64,000 nucleotides of DNA from Sulfurimonas sp. SAG-AH-194-C20 (GCA_029215975.1 JAEMVD010000002.1:27235-91234), one strand, 5' to 3'; numbered from the stretch's first letter, positions 50,337 to 61,183 are shown. Made by a program: numbers and translations. The notes: generated by a model from the sequence alone, not told the origin.

Positions 50337-50854
50337 TGCAATATTTACAGTTTAATATAGAGTATATTGTTGTGGCGATGGCGGGGATTATCCTCTATCT
50401 TCTTTATTATGTGTATGCAAAAGATGCTAGTTATACGAAAAATATTCGTTCCGTCGCAACTGTTGTAGAAGAGATGAATCGTGAACTTTTTTATCTAAAA
50501 AAGAACCTGACTCAAACACAAGGAAGCATAAAAGAAAATTCACAACGTATGAATGATGAAGCGATATATGAAGAAATAGAACGCAGTGTTTACGATATGG
50601 TTCAACCTCTAAGTTTAGGACTAAAACAGCTCCAAGATAACATAAATGCCATTGATACAGAAGTGGCAAACCGGATCGCTCATTTAGAAAGTGGTGTGAA
50701 ACAGATAAGTATTCCGACCTCTGTTCATGGAAATGATGATGAAAAGATTCTCTCTCTTTTTAAGCAGGGTGTATCAGTTGAGACTATCTCAAAAGAGTTG
50801 CATATTTCACAGCCAGAAGTAGAGTTTGTACTTAAAATAAACAAAATAAAGTAG
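50336..50854 (+). CDS. Hypothetical TM + coiled-coil + C-terminal HTH-like protein
   Basis: N-terminal TM; LFKQGVSVETISKELHISQPEVEFVL. Confidence 0.75.
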   Translation: MQYLQFNIEYIVVAMAGIILYLLYYVYAKDASYTKNIRSVATVVEEMNRELFYLKKNLTQTQGSIKENSQRMNDEAIYEEIERSVYDMVQPLSLGLKQLQDNINAIDTEVANRIAHLESGVKQISIPTSVHGNDDEKILSLFKQGVSVETISKELHISQPEVEFVLKINKIK

Positions 50855-50858
50855 TCTT

Positions 50859-52040
50859 ATGGGTGCAGATAAAAAACTTTTTACCTTAGTGAGTATATTA
50901 ATCGGGATTAGTGTGATGCTTTCATACACTCTCGCATCTTATACGACACTTCTCTTTGGTGTAAATGAGTTTCATTTTGCTATTCGTCAAACTTTTTTTG
51001 CTATTTTAGGGATAAGTATTATCTTTTTTCTCTCTCAACTTGACCCCGATAAATGGCTCACTCCCATAGGATTTTTACTCTTTTTTGGCTCACTAACTCT
51101 TATGATAGCTATGCCATTTCTCCCAGAGTCTTTAGTCTCAGCAGTAGGTGGAGCAAAACGCTGGATAAAGATAGGAGGATTTTCTTTAGCACCTGTAGAG
51201 TTTTTCAAGGTAGGTTTTGTCTATTTTCTTGCATGGAGTTTTTCTCGTAAATTAGGACATCATGATGGTATGGGTATTATGAATGAGTTTAAACGTTTTG
51301 TTCCTTATGGGGTAATATTTATAGGGGCTATGTTTATCATTGCATTTTTGCAAAAAGACTTAGGACAGGTCGTGGTTCTTGGTTTGACTCTTCTATTTAT
51401 GCTTATTTTTGCTGGAAGTAGTTTCCGTTTTTTCTTTAGTATTTTAGGCGGAATTATTACTGCTGTTATTATTTTTGTAGTTACTGCTGAACACAGACTT
51501 ATTCGTATAAAGTCATGGTGGGCGTTAGCACAGAACTCTGTTTTAGAGATACTACCTGCGAGTTTAGCCGAGAAACTTCGAGTACCAGTTGAGGTTGAAC
51601 CATATCAGATAGGACACTCATTAAATGCCATAAACAATGGTGGAATTTTTGGTGTAGGCATAGGAAATGGTACTTTTAAACTAGGTTTCCTCTCAGAAGT
51701 TCATACCGACTTTATCTTAGCAGGTCTAGCAGAAGAGTTTGGTTTTGTAGGTGTTGTATTTGTAGTGTTCATCTTTTTATGGATGCTCCAACGTATCTTC
51801 AAAATTGCCAACCGTGCACAAGATAAAAGTGTATATCTTTTTAGTATAGGTATTGGACTCATTTTATCTTTTGCTTTTTTAGTGAATGCTTATGGTATCA
51901 GTGGAATTACTCCTATTAAAGGGATTAGTGTACCTTTTCTCTCTTATGGTGGCTCTGTTATGCTTGGCTCTGCATTTGGTATAGGAATGGTGCTTATGGC
52001 TTCAAACAGAGTAAATATGGACAAGGCGGATATAGAGTGA
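50859..52040 (+). CDS. ftsW: Peptidoglycan glycosyltransferase FtsW
   Basis: GGAKRWI, PVEFFK, QKDLG, SEVHTDF, PFLSYGGS; upstream of murG. Confidence 0.94.
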   Translation: MGADKKLFTLVSILIGISVMLSYTLASYTTLLFGVNEFHFAIRQTFFAILGISIIFFLSQLDPDKWLTPIGFLLFFGSLTLMIAMPFLPESLVSAVGGAKRWIKIGGFSLAPVEFFKVGFVYFLAWSFSRKLGHHDGMGIMNEFKRFVPYGVIFIGAMFIIAFLQKDLGQVVVLGLTLLFMLIFAGSSFRFFFSILGGIITAVIIFVVTAEHRLIRIKSWWALAQNSVLEILPASLAEKLRVPVEVEPYQIGHSLNAINNGGIFGVGIGNGTFKLGFLSEVHTDFILAGLAEEFGFVGVVFVVFIFLWMLQRIFKIANRAQDKSVYLFSIGIGLILSFAFLVNAYGISGITPIKGISVPFLSYGGSVMLGSAFGIGMVLMASNRVNMDKADIE

Positions 52041-53062
52041 ATATATGCATAACAGGTGGTGGAACAGGTGGTCATCTTATGATAGCAGAGGCACTTCTTG
52101 AAGCGGCTATACAAAAAGGACACACCGCTATCTTTATCGGTTCTACACATGGACAAGATAGAAAATATTTTGAGGATTCGTCAGCTTTTAAAGAAGTGCA
52201 TTTTTTTGAGACAACCGGTGTTGTAAACCAAAAAGGTTTAGGAAAACTAAAAGCACTTTTTAAAGTTTTTAAAGCATTTTTAAAATCAAGATCTGTGTTA
52301 AAGTCTGAGAAAATAGATGCTGTGTATAGTGTAGGTGGTTTTTCTGCTGCACCTGCTGCGTTTGCGAGTCTTTTTCTGAGAGTACCTCTCTTTATACACG
52401 AGCAAAATGCAGTCTATGGAAGACTAAACGCACTTCTTAAACCCTTTGCTTCGAGCTTCATCTCTGCTTACGATAAAGACTCCTCTATAAAAGGGTATCC
52501 AGTAAAAAAGATTTTTTCAACAACAAAACGAGTGAGAAAAGAGTTAAAAAACATCATCTTTTTAGGTGGAAGCCATGGTGCAAAAGCCATAAATGACTTA
52601 GCACTTTTAAAAGCAAAAAAACTCAATGCTATGGGTATCCACATAATCCATCAAGCAGGTGAAGCTGACTTCCTTAGAGTACAAAGTGCTTATCAAAACT
52701 TGGGCATTGAAGTAGAGCTTTATGGCTTTACCAAAGAGATACCCGCACTTATAGCTAAGGCAGATTTGGCTGTGAGTCGTGCGGGTGCGAGTACTCTGTG
52801 GGAGCTTACAACTAACGGCTGTCCCACTCTTTACGTGCCTTATCCTTATGCCGCAGGAAACCATCAGTACTATAATGCGAAGTTTATAGTAGATGATGAG
52901 ATGGGTTGGTGTGAGCTAGAGGGTAAAAAACTCTCTCTTGCATTAGATAAGATACTTAAAGATATAGACTTAGACTTAGCAAAACACAGTAGTCGTTTAC
53001 TTGATTACTCAAACAAAGATGTAGCGATAAAAATGATAAACGCAGTAGAGGAAATAATATAG
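52037..53062 (+). CDS. murG: MurG N-acetylglucosaminyltransferase
   Basis: GGGTGGH, HEQN, GGSHGA, SRAGAST, HQYYNA. Confidence 0.97.
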   Translation: MNICITGGGTGGHLMIAEALLEAAIQKGHTAIFIGSTHGQDRKYFEDSSAFKEVHFFETTGVVNQKGLGKLKALFKVFKAFLKSRSVLKSEKIDAVYSVGGFSAAPAAFASLFLRVPLFIHEQNAVYGRLNALLKPFASSFISAYDKDSSIKGYPVKKIFSTTKRVRKELKNIIFLGGSHGAKAINDLALLKAKKLNAMGIHIIHQAGEADFLRVQSAYQNLGIEVELYGFTKEIPALIAKADLAVSRAGASTLWELTTNGCPTLYVPYPYAAGNHQYYNAKFIVDDEMGWCELEGKKLSLALDKILKDIDLDLAKHSSRLLDYSNKDVAIKMINAVEEII

Positions 53063-53665
53063 ATGTTACATGAACTAGCACAAACACTTGTAGATTTGAT
53101 TTTTGATTGGGGATACTTGGGTATCTTTATTATGATGGCTATTGAGAGTAGTTTCATTCCTTTTCCTAGCGAAATAGTTTTGATTCCTGCTGGATACTTA
53201 GCAAGTCAAGGTGAGATGAGTATAGGTATGATAATGCTGAGTGCTCTTGGTGGCTCTATGGTTGGTGCATTTGTGAACTATTATCTCGCACTTACTTTAG
53301 GGAGAAAAATTCTCATAAGATACGGAAAGTACTTTTTCATAAAAGTAGAAACCTTAGAAAAAATGGAAAACTTTTTTCAAAAGCATGGGCATATCTCCAC
53401 TTTTACAGGACGACTTATCCCGGGGATTAGACAACTTATCTCTATTCCCGCAGGTTTAGCTCGTATGAACTTAGCAGAGTTTTCACTTTTTACAGCTTTA
53501 GGAGCTGGAATTTGGGCTTTAGTTCTTATACTCTTAGGCTACTATATAGGTGAAAATCAAGTACTTATTAATACTTACTTACGAGAGATAACTATTGCAG
53601 TTATACTTGGTTTAGTTATCATTGTTAGTGTATACTTTCGCATTAAAAAAAAGAGGAATAAATAA
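53063..53665 (+). CDS. DedA family membrane protein
   Basis: ESSFIPFPSE, GRLIPGIRQLISIPAG. Confidence 0.93.
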   Translation: MLHELAQTLVDLIFDWGYLGIFIMMAIESSFIPFPSEIVLIPAGYLASQGEMSIGMIMLSALGGSMVGAFVNYYLALTLGRKILIRYGKYFFIKVETLEKMENFFQKHGHISTFTGRLIPGIRQLISIPAGLARMNLAEFSLFTALGAGIWALVLILLGYYIGENQVLINTYLREITIAVILGLVIIVSVYFRIKKKRNK

Positions 53666-54144
53666 TGGATTATATGTTTGAAGCTGGATTTTTAGGAACA
53701 AAAGCACCATTTTTTATGGACTTTGTTACACTACTTGTTGCACTACTCCCAGTGCTAGTATATGGTGCGATAATTTTAGCTAGAAAGAGAATGTATAAAA
53801 CACACATGGTAGTGCAAAACATCATTTTTGTAGTGGCTTTAGTTGTTGTTGCTTACTTTGAAGTTGGTGTTCGTGTTGGTGGTGGTTTTGATGCATTTAT
53901 GGAGGGAAGTGGAGTGCCTTATACTTATGCACTAATAGTCCTACTTGTACATATCCTCATCGCAGTTGTTATGCTTTTTTACTGGGGTCTTACTATTGTA
54001 AATGGAAATATTAACTTCAAAAAAAGAAGCCTACCCGGCATAGCATCTCGTTCTCATAAGGTGATGGCACTCAAGGCTTTTGTAGCTATTATCTTCACTT
54101 CTTTTAGTGGTATCTGGGTATATCTATTATTATTTGTATATTAA
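53665..54144 (+). CDS. DUF420-like membrane protein
   Basis: 4 TM with conserved His residues; GIWVYLLL. Confidence 0.7.
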   Translation: MDYMFEAGFLGTKAPFFMDFVTLLVALLPVLVYGAIILARKRMYKTHMVVQNIIFVVALVVVAYFEVGVRVGGGFDAFMEGSGVPYTYALIVLLVHILIAVVMLFYWGLTIVNGNINFKKRSLPGIASRSHKVMALKAFVAIIFTSFSGIWVYLLLFVY

Positions 54145-54154
54145 AAGGAATTAA

Positions 54155-54622
54155 ATGATTAAAATCGATGAAAAAGCACCGGAGTTTTGTCTCCCAAATC
54201 AAGATGACATAGAAATCTGCTCCCGTGATTTAAAAGGAAAGTGGATAGTTTTATATTTCTACCCTCGTGATAACACTCCTGGATGCACAACTGAAGCTTG
54301 TGAGTTTACACAAGCTGCACCTGATTTTAGCGATCTTGACGCTATCATCTTAGGTGTAAGTGCTGACACAACTAAAAAGCACCGTAACTTTATAGAAAAA
54401 CAAAACCTTGGCATAACACTACTAAGTGATGAGTCAACTGAGATGATGCAAGAGTATGGTGTTTGGCAGATGAAGAAAAACTATGGTAAAGAGTATATGG
54501 GAATAGTACGTAGTACTTTTATCATAAATCCTGAGGGAATTGTTAAAGCTGTCTTTGAGAAAGTTCGTGTGAAAGAGCATGTAGCCAAAGTTCAAGCTGA
54601 GCTTGTAAGTTTACAAGCTTAG
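54155..54622 (+). CDS. bcp: Peroxiredoxin Bcp
   Basis: YFYPRDNTPGCTTEAC, GIVRSTFII. Confidence 0.96.
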   Translation: MIKIDEKAPEFCLPNQDDIEICSRDLKGKWIVLYFYPRDNTPGCTTEACEFTQAAPDFSDLDAIILGVSADTTKKHRNFIEKQNLGITLLSDESTEMMQEYGVWQMKKNYGKEYMGIVRSTFIINPEGIVKAVFEKVRVKEHVAKVQAELVSLQA

Positions 54623-54634
54623 ATTTTAGTAGTT

Positions 54635-54661
54635 AAAGTTCTCCTCTAAGAGGAGACCTTT
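54635..54661. terminator. Probable bidirectional terminator between bcp and porin gene
   Basis: TCTCCTC-TAA-GAGGAGA stem flanked by AAAG/CTTT. Confidence 0.65.
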
Positions 54662-54667
54662 ATACTG

Positions 54668-56308
54668 TTAATATCTATATCTTAGATAGAAACGAATGTC
54701 TTGTGCTGTATCTACATACAGGCTTGAGTTACCCATTGTGTCACTGATTTCAAATGGTGTTCCTGTTCCAGTGCTTCCATCAGCTGATCCACCGAAGAAA
54801 CCATTGCTTCCTGCATATTTATAATCAATATATGTCGCACGAATCTGGAATGTTAAGATGTCTTCGACTATTGGTTCTGTAAAGTAAACTTCATATGCTT
54901 GTCCACGAGTAGCAACTTTAGAGCCTATACTTGTGTCTTCAGCATAAGTTATACTTCTCCAGTATTTACTACCTTGGTTATACTCTAACCCCCATCTCCC
55001 ATCTTCTGTTATAAATGATGGCATTTGTAGCCCTGCCCATGCAGAGTACCCAGTTACACTATCAGTCCTTCCAAGCATGGACTTTCCTTCAAGAGGATTA
55101 GTAACACTCATGGCACCACTTACAAAGAAGAAAGTATCATCAAGATAATCACTCCACTCATCACCAATACCATTAAGAGTTAAGTTGGCTGTTACACTAT
55201 GGATTCCACCAACTGTATCAAAACCTTGAGAAAAGTCTCCTGGATTTTTGACATCAATAAGGTTGTTTGCATAGTAGTACTGTGTAGCGACTGCATATTG
55301 ACCATCGTCATAAGGAACAAATATTAAACCACCTAAATCTATGTCAGGATTTGAAGGTGCTGTGTTTGTTCCACTTCCATCTGTTCCATCGTATGGTGCA
55401 GGGCTAAATTTATCGGATGCATTGGTCATTCCACGTCCTGCACAGAACTTAACATACATTCCTTCTACACCGATAACATCTTCAAGTGAAAACTTAGAAC
55501 TAATTCCATCAAACTCTACATTAATAGTGTGACCCATTGGAGAAGAAGCACCATCATCCTCTCTAAGATTAATTAAATGACCATTTGTAGATGGACGCCT
55601 ACCAATACTAAATGTCCATGGAATGTCTGAACCAAGAAAAGTATCATTTTTATATAAAAAGTATGCTGAGCGGATATTAAGTCCATGCCCTGCAGGATTT
55701 TCATTTTCAACCCAGTCAAATGACTCTAGTGGACCATAAGAATTACTACGTTCACCAAATGCTTTATTGTAAGCTAGTTGACCCGAGAAGCTAAGGTTAT
55801 CAGTAGCTTTCCAGCTCATGTTAATCCAAAATCTATTTGTAAGAAAAGCATTGTTCCCTTGTTCTGAACCATCAGCCATTTTATACTGTAAGTTATCAAG
55901 AGCAACTCTGTAATCAATGTTGAATTTTAAGTGAGAACCATTTGTAGCTTTACTAAGTTCGAAGATACTCTCTTCCATTTCAGCTATTCTTTCTTCAATA
56001 GTTATTTCTTCGTCTTCATCCTCGTCGTCTGAATCTTCAGAATCATCATCTTCAGAGTCAGAATCCTCATCTTCAGAGTCAGCATCCTCTGCAGTTGTAG
56101 CTTCTTCATCATCAGCATCTTCATCAGCTTCTTCTTCAACTTCTTCTTCAACTGCTTGTGTGTCTTTTGACTTCAGCGTAACTAGTTCCTCTTGCATCTG
56201 TTTCATTTTTAGTTCCATCGACTGGATACGCTCATACATTGACTCTGCGTTTAAACTAGATGTTAGTATAGTCGCAGCAGCTAATGATAATAGTAAAGGC
56301 TTGTTCAT
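54668..56308 (-). CDS. DUF3373-like outer membrane porin with acidic N-terminal linker
   Basis: Signal peptide, coiled coil, D/E tract, FSIGRRPST, EYNQGSKYW, terminal YLRYRY. Confidence 0.75.
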   Translation of the reverse strand: MNKPLLLSLAAATILTSSLNAESMYERIQSMELKMKQMQEELVTLKSKDTQAVEEEVEEEADEDADDEEATTAEDADSEDEDSDSEDDDSEDSDDEDEDEEITIEERIAEMEESIFELSKATNGSHLKFNIDYRVALDNLQYKMADGSEQGNNAFLTNRFWINMSWKATDNLSFSGQLAYNKAFGERSNSYGPLESFDWVENENPAGHGLNIRSAYFLYKNDTFLGSDIPWTFSIGRRPSTNGHLINLREDDGASSPMGHTINVEFDGISSKFSLEDVIGVEGMYVKFCAGRGMTNASDKFSPAPYDGTDGSGTNTAPSNPDIDLGGLIFVPYDDGQYAVATQYYYANNLIDVKNPGDFSQGFDTVGGIHSVTANLTLNGIGDEWSDYLDDTFFFVSGAMSVTNPLEGKSMLGRTDSVTGYSAWAGLQMPSFITEDGRWGLEYNQGSKYWRSITYAEDTSIGSKVATRGQAYEVYFTEPIVEDILTFQIRATYIDYKYAGSNGFFGGSADGSTGTGTPFEISDTMGNSSLYVDTAQDIRFYLRYRY

Positions 56309-56482
56309 TCTTTCCCCTTATTTTGTAATAAATCTATGATACTATACATTATATAAGATAAAACTAATTTGAAAGCAGGCTTAATTGCTATAATAAAATC
56401 TAATAGTGGGTACAAAAGCTTAAATTAAATAAGATTTGAGTATAATTCGCGGATTTTTCATTTCTCTTAGTAGAATAGAAAA

Positions 56483-56597
56483 CATTAAACAGATATGTGT
56501 CAAAAGTTAGTGCAACTCTCTTTTTAGTGAGTCAATGTCCGACATTATCGAAGTTAACTAACAAAATCTTCGCATAAATGCGATTTAAGGATTACCT
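56483..56597 (+). promoter_or_regulatory. Structured rpsB leader (candidate S2 autoregulatory element)
   Basis: TAGAAT at 56471; hairpins AATGT-CCG-ACATT, GTTAG/CTAAC, TCGCA-TAAA-TGCGA next to RBS. Confidence 0.5.
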
Positions 56598-57362
56598 ATG
56601 GTAACTATGAAAGACCTTTTAGAATGTGGTGTACACTTTGGACACCAAACACGTCGTTGGAACCCGAAAATGAAAAAATACATCTTTGGTGTTCGTAAAA
56701 ATATCTATATAATTGATTTACAAAAGACTTTACGTTATTTCCGTAACACTTACACAATAGTTATGGATGCAGCAGCAGAAGGTCAAACTGTTCTTTTTGT
56801 TGGTACAAAGAAACAAGCTCGTAACTCTGTAAAACAAGCGGCTCTTGATTGTAACATGCCTTATGTTGACAACAGATGGTTAGGTGGAATGCTTACTAAC
56901 TTTCCAACTATTCAAAAGTCTATCCGTAAACTAGACATTATTTCTGAAATGCAAGAAAATGGTCAAATTGATCTTCTTACAAAGAAAGAAAAATTAATGC
57001 TACTTCGTAAAAAAGTTAAACTAGAAGCATATTTCGGTGGTATCCGTAACATGAAAAAACTTCCAGATATGCTTTTTGTAGTTGATGCTGTTAAAGAGCA
57101 CATTGCAGTTCTTGAAGCACGTTGTCTTAAAATCCCAGTAGTTGCTCCACTAGATACTAACTGTGATCCAGACCTAATTGATTACCCAATTCCAGGCAAT
57201 GATGATGCGATTCGTTCTATTCAACTTTTCTGTCGTGAAATGACTGCAGCTATCAACGAAGGTAAAGCTCTAAGAGATGCACCTGTTGAAGAAGAGCAGA
57301 CTGAAGAAGTAGAAGCAGCAACTGAGACTACTGAAGCTCCAGCTGCAACAGAAGAAGCATAA
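56598..57362 (+). CDS. rpsB: 30S ribosomal protein S2
   Basis: [33 protein letters not shown]. Confidence 0.99.
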   Translation: MVTMKDLLECGVHFGHQTRRWNPKMKKYIFGVRKNIYIIDLQKTLRYFRNTYTIVMDAAAEGQTVLFVGTKKQARNSVKQAALDCNMPYVDNRWLGGMLTNFPTIQKSIRKLDIISEMQENGQIDLLTKKEKLMLLRKKVKLEAYFGGIRNMKKLPDMLFVVDAVKEHIAVLEARCLKIPVVAPLDTNCDPDLIDYPIPGNDDAIRSIQLFCREMTAAINEGKALRDAPVEEEQTEEVEAATETTEAPAATEEA

Positions 57363-57364
57363 TT

Positions 57365-58417
57365 ATGGCAGCAGTTACAGCAGCAATGGTAAAGGAGCTT
57401 CGTGCTTCTACTGATGCTCCTATGATGGATTGTAAAAAAGTTCTTGTTGAAGCTGATGGAGACATGGCAAAGGCAACTGAACTTCTTAAGGCTCGTGGTA
57501 TCGCTAAAGCAGCTAAAAAAGCTGATAGAATCGCGGCTGAAGGTCTTGCTGGACTTGTTATAGCTGATGACTTTTCTAAAGCTACTGTTATCGAAATTAA
57601 CTCTGAGACTGATTTTGTTGCTCAAAACGAAGGTTTCCAACAGTTAGTAAAAGATGCTACTCAAGCTGTTTATGATGATCAGCCTGCTGATGTAGCTGCG
57701 TTTAACGCATCTGCATTTGGTGCAACTTTTCAAGCTGAAGTAATCAAAATCGGTGAAAAAATTGAGATGAGACGTTTTGCTACACTTAACGCTGATGCAA
57801 CTACTTCTTTAAATGGTTATATTCACTCAAACACTAGAATAGCAGTTCTTGCTATCGCTAAGTGCGACAGTGAAAAAACTGCAGAGGCACTAAGACCTTT
57901 CATGAAGCAAGTTGCTATGCATGCATCTGCTATGAAACCAACTACTCTTTCTTATAAAGATTTAGATGCTGCTTATGTTGCATCTGAAACTGTTGGAAGA
58001 ATCGAAGTTATCAAAAAAGAGAACATTGAATTAGGTCGTTTGAAGAAACCTCTTAAAAATGTACCTACTTATGTTTCTATGAGCCAACTTACTGAGGAAG
58101 TTTTAGCAAAAGCTGAAGCTGACATCAAAGCTACTCTTAAAGAGCAAGGTAAGCCAGAGAAAATCTGGGACAAAATTGTTCCTGGATCTTTAGCTCGTTT
58201 TATCTCTGATAACTCTACTCTTGATAAAGAGCAATGTTTACTTGACCAAAACTTTGTAATGGATGACAAATTAACGGTTGCTCAAGCAGTTGAAAAAGCA
58301 GCTAAAGCTGTTGGTGGTACTGCTGAAATTACTGAATTTGTTCGTTTTGAAGTTGGTGATGGAATTGAGAAAAAAGAAGAAGATTTTGCTGCGGAAGTTG
58401 CTGCACAAATGGGTTAA
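57365..58417 (+). CDS. tsf: Elongation factor Ts
   Basis: [26 protein letters not shown]. Confidence 0.99.
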   Translation: MAAVTAAMVKELRASTDAPMMDCKKVLVEADGDMAKATELLKARGIAKAAKKADRIAAEGLAGLVIADDFSKATVIEINSETDFVAQNEGFQQLVKDATQAVYDDQPADVAAFNASAFGATFQAEVIKIGEKIEMRRFATLNADATTSLNGYIHSNTRIAVLAIAKCDSEKTAEALRPFMKQVAMHASAMKPTTLSYKDLDAAYVASETVGRIEVIKKENIELGRLKKPLKNVPTYVSMSQLTEEVLAKAEADIKATLKEQGKPEKIWDKIVPGSLARFISDNSTLDKEQCLLDQNFVMDDKLTVAQAVEKAAKAVGGTAEITEFVRFEVGDGIEKKEEDFAAEVAAQMG

Positions 58418-58448
58418 GCTTTTAGCTTAACAATCTCTCTTTCTATAT

Positions 58449-58484
58449 AAAAGGCTTGGAACTTCGGTTTCAAGCCTTTTTTTT
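58449..58484 (+). terminator. Rho-independent terminator after tsf
   Basis: AAAAGGCTTGGAAC-TTCG-GTTTCAAGCC followed by T8. Confidence 0.9.
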
Positions 58485-58516
58485 GCCAAATTTTTATGAA
58501 GATGATATAATAATTT

Positions 58517-59728
58517 ATGTCACAAAATAAGAAATCAAAAATTATAATTATTGGTGGTGGTTATGCAGGAATAAAGACTACACAAAAACTTGCCAAAAAT
58601 CCTAATAATGAAATTATACTTCTCGATAAGAATCCCTACCATTATATGCAAACTGAAGTCTATGACCTTATTGCAAATGAAGAAGACTTTGCACAAATCA
58701 CACTTGATTTATTTACATACTGCAGCGGATTTAAAAACAATAATGTAACTTTTTATAAACAAGAAGTAAAAAATGTAGACTTCGAGAAAAAAAAAGTAAT
58801 TACCACGGTAGATAGACTCTATTATGATTATCTTGTTATCGGAGTTGGTGCTCGTACTAAATTCGCTGCAAATGTTGATGGACTCCGTGAATATGCATAC
58901 GGAATAAAAGCACTTCATCGTGCTATGTACTTTAAACAAAAGTTTGAGATGTCTTTGTTTAAAAAAGTAGATGAAAGTGGCACAACATGTACCCCAATTA
59001 GTATAGTGATAGCGGGAGCAGGTTTAAGTGGTGTTGAAATAGCTGCACAAATGGCATCTTTTGCAAAAGAATTTTACAAAAATAATAACTTTTTATGTCG
59101 TAAATTAAACATAGTACTTGTAAATGCAGCAGAGAAAATTCTCAAAGGTATGGACAAGCATTTAGTTGAAAGGTCTATAAAAAGATTAGTAGACTTAAGC
59201 ATAGTTATAAAAAACAAAGAAAAAGTTGTTTCTTTGACAAAAAACAGTGTAACACTTAGCAGTGGCGAGAAGATATTTATGGACTTTATGATTTTTGCAG
59301 GGGGAATTGAGCCAAATGGGTTGATATTTGACCTTAAACTACAAAAAAACGAAAGAGGATTCTTAGAAACAAAATCAAGCCTACAAGTGAAAGACTATAA
59401 CACTGTTTATGCTATTGGCGATTGTACTACACTTTATGATAGTGAAAAAAATGTACTAGCACCAACAGCAGACATCGCAGAACAGATGGGAGAACTTTGT
59501 GCTAAAAATATTAGCCTACATCAAAAAGGTAAAATGTTACACTCACATAATATAAAGTCAAGAGGAATCCTTATCGCACTCGGAAGAAAATATGCGACTG
59601 CAAAAGTTTTTGGTATCTATATAAATGGCTATCTTGCATATATGATGAAAAAAATTATTGAAAGAGTATATTCAAAAAGATTAGATATGCATTCTTGTGT
59701 TGGATGTAAAAAAATATTTGATGAGTAA
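58517..59728 (+). CDS. Type II NADH dehydrogenase-like flavoprotein
   Basis: IIGGGYAG, YDYLVIGVGA, GAGLSGVEIA, VYAIGD. Confidence 0.88.
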   Translation: MSQNKKSKIIIIGGGYAGIKTTQKLAKNPNNEIILLDKNPYHYMQTEVYDLIANEEDFAQITLDLFTYCSGFKNNNVTFYKQEVKNVDFEKKKVITTVDRLYYDYLVIGVGARTKFAANVDGLREYAYGIKALHRAMYFKQKFEMSLFKKVDESGTTCTPISIVIAGAGLSGVEIAAQMASFAKEFYKNNNFLCRKLNIVLVNAAEKILKGMDKHLVERSIKRLVDLSIVIKNKEKVVSLTKNSVTLSSGEKIFMDFMIFAGGIEPNGLIFDLKLQKNERGFLETKSSLQVKDYNTVYAIGDCTTLYDSEKNVLAPTADIAEQMGELCAKNISLHQKGKMLHSHNIKSRGILIALGRKYATAKVFGIYINGYLAYMMKKIIERVYSKRLDMHSCVGCKKIFDE

Positions 59729-59765
59729 AAACTTATCTTTAGTAAGTTTAGAATATAATAATTAA

Positions 59766-60410
59766 ATGAATTTACTTACAGCACACAACATGGCCCATAC
59801 TTTTGAATACGAACTCTTTAGCGGTGTAAATATAGAACTAAATAAGCAAGAAAGTATAGCGATAATAGGTATGAGCGGAAGTGGAAAATCAACACTACTT
59901 CATCTACTTTCAACACTACTTACACCCAAAAAAGGTTCTGTTTTACTCTTTGGAGAAGATGTCAGCAAAATGAGCAAAAAAAGGCTCTCTACCATAAAAC
60001 GTCATGATTTAGGGCTTATCTTTCAGTCTCATTATCTGTTTAACGGTTTTAGTGCATATGAAAACTTAGAAGTCTCGCAACTACTTTCAGGTGAAAAAAT
60101 AGAAGATGAGTTACTTGAAGCCTTGCATATAAAAGAGCCCATACATCAAAAAGTGACACAACTCTCAGGCGGACAGCAACAACGTGTCTCCATAGCAAGA
60201 GTTTTAACAAAAAAACCTCGTATAATTTTTGCAGATGAACCAACCGGAAATTTAGATAAAAAAACAGCAGATGAAGTGATGAAGCTTTTTTTTAACTACT
60301 GTAAAAGTAATGATGCTGGAATGATACTAGTGACTCATGACAATGAGTTAGCGCACCAATGCGATAAAGTATTTCACCTTGAAGATAAAAAACTCCTACG
60401 AATCAAGTAG
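59766..60410 (+). CDS. ABC transporter ATP-binding protein (LolD-like)
   Basis: [30 protein letters not shown]. Confidence 0.93.
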   Translation: MNLLTAHNMAHTFEYELFSGVNIELNKQESIAIIGMSGSGKSTLLHLLSTLLTPKKGSVLLFGEDVSKMSKKRLSTIKRHDLGLIFQSHYLFNGFSAYENLEVSQLLSGEKIEDELLEALHIKEPIHQKVTQLSGGQQQRVSIARVLTKKPRIIFADEPTGNLDKKTADEVMKLFFNYCKSNDAGMILVTHDNELAHQCDKVFHLEDKKLLRIK

Positions 60411-60418
60411 TTTAAAAT

Positions 60419-61183
60419 ATGGAGTTTATGAAAATATTTGAAGAGACTTATGTAGTCGGATTTTTACTTCTTTTTTTTCGTTTTGCAGCACTCTTTGTAG
60501 CTGTTCCCATTTTTTCTCATAAAAATATTCCTATGCAAATTAAAGTTGCGATGGCACTTTTTTTTACTATCGTTTTTTACTCCTCTATGCCCGCCGTTGA
60601 AATAGAGATAAATATAGCGACTGTTATATTGGCAATATTGAGTGAGTTTATGCTTGGTCTAGTTGTTGGAATAGTTCTTTTACTTGCATATCATGTAATC
60701 ACATTTGCAGGAGGAATTATCTCTTTTATGATGGGCTTTTCAATGGCAAGTGCAATCGATCCACAGTCAGGTGTCTCAATGCCCATCATATCTCAGTTTT
60801 TATCACTAATGGCATTGATGGTACTGCTCTCATTAAATCTACACCACTGGGTACTGCTGTTTGTAGACAGCTCTTTAAAAACTATACCCTTGGGTGGTTT
60901 TGTTATGAGTAAAGATCTTTATCATTATGTAATTCATGCAGCTTCAAATATGTTTATGGTTGGTTTTATGATTGCATTTCCTATCGTCGCACTTTCTTGG
61001 CTTGCAGATGTTATTTTCGGTATGTTGATGAAAACTATGCCTCAATTCAATCTTTTAGTTATTGGATTTCCGATAAAGATCATGGTTGCATTTGTTGTTA
61101 TAATAGCGACATTTGCTTCGACAATGCTAATCGTAAAAACTCAAATGATGGATGCATTTAATGCTTTAGAGATGTTTTTTTAG
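60419..61183 (+). CDS. fliR: Flagellar export protein FliR
   Basis: MGFSMASAIDP, LHHW, KTMPQFNLLVIGFPIK. Confidence 0.95.
   Translation: MEFMKIFEETYVVGFLLLFFRFAALFVAVPIFSHKNIPMQIKVAMALFFTIVFYSSMPAVEIEINIATVILAILSEFMLGLVVGIVLLLAYHVITFAGGIISFMMGFSMASAIDPQSGVSMPIISQFLSLMALMVLLSLNLHHWVLLFVDSSLKTIPLGGFVMSKDLYHYVIHAASNMFMVGFMIAFPIVALSWLADVIFGMLMKTMPQFNLLVIGFPIKIMVAFVVIIATFASTMLIVKTQMMDAFNALEMFF

Noticed and set aside
57365-58417. EF-Ts longer than the E. coli protein
   Set aside because: Long EF-Ts is normal for Campylobacterota
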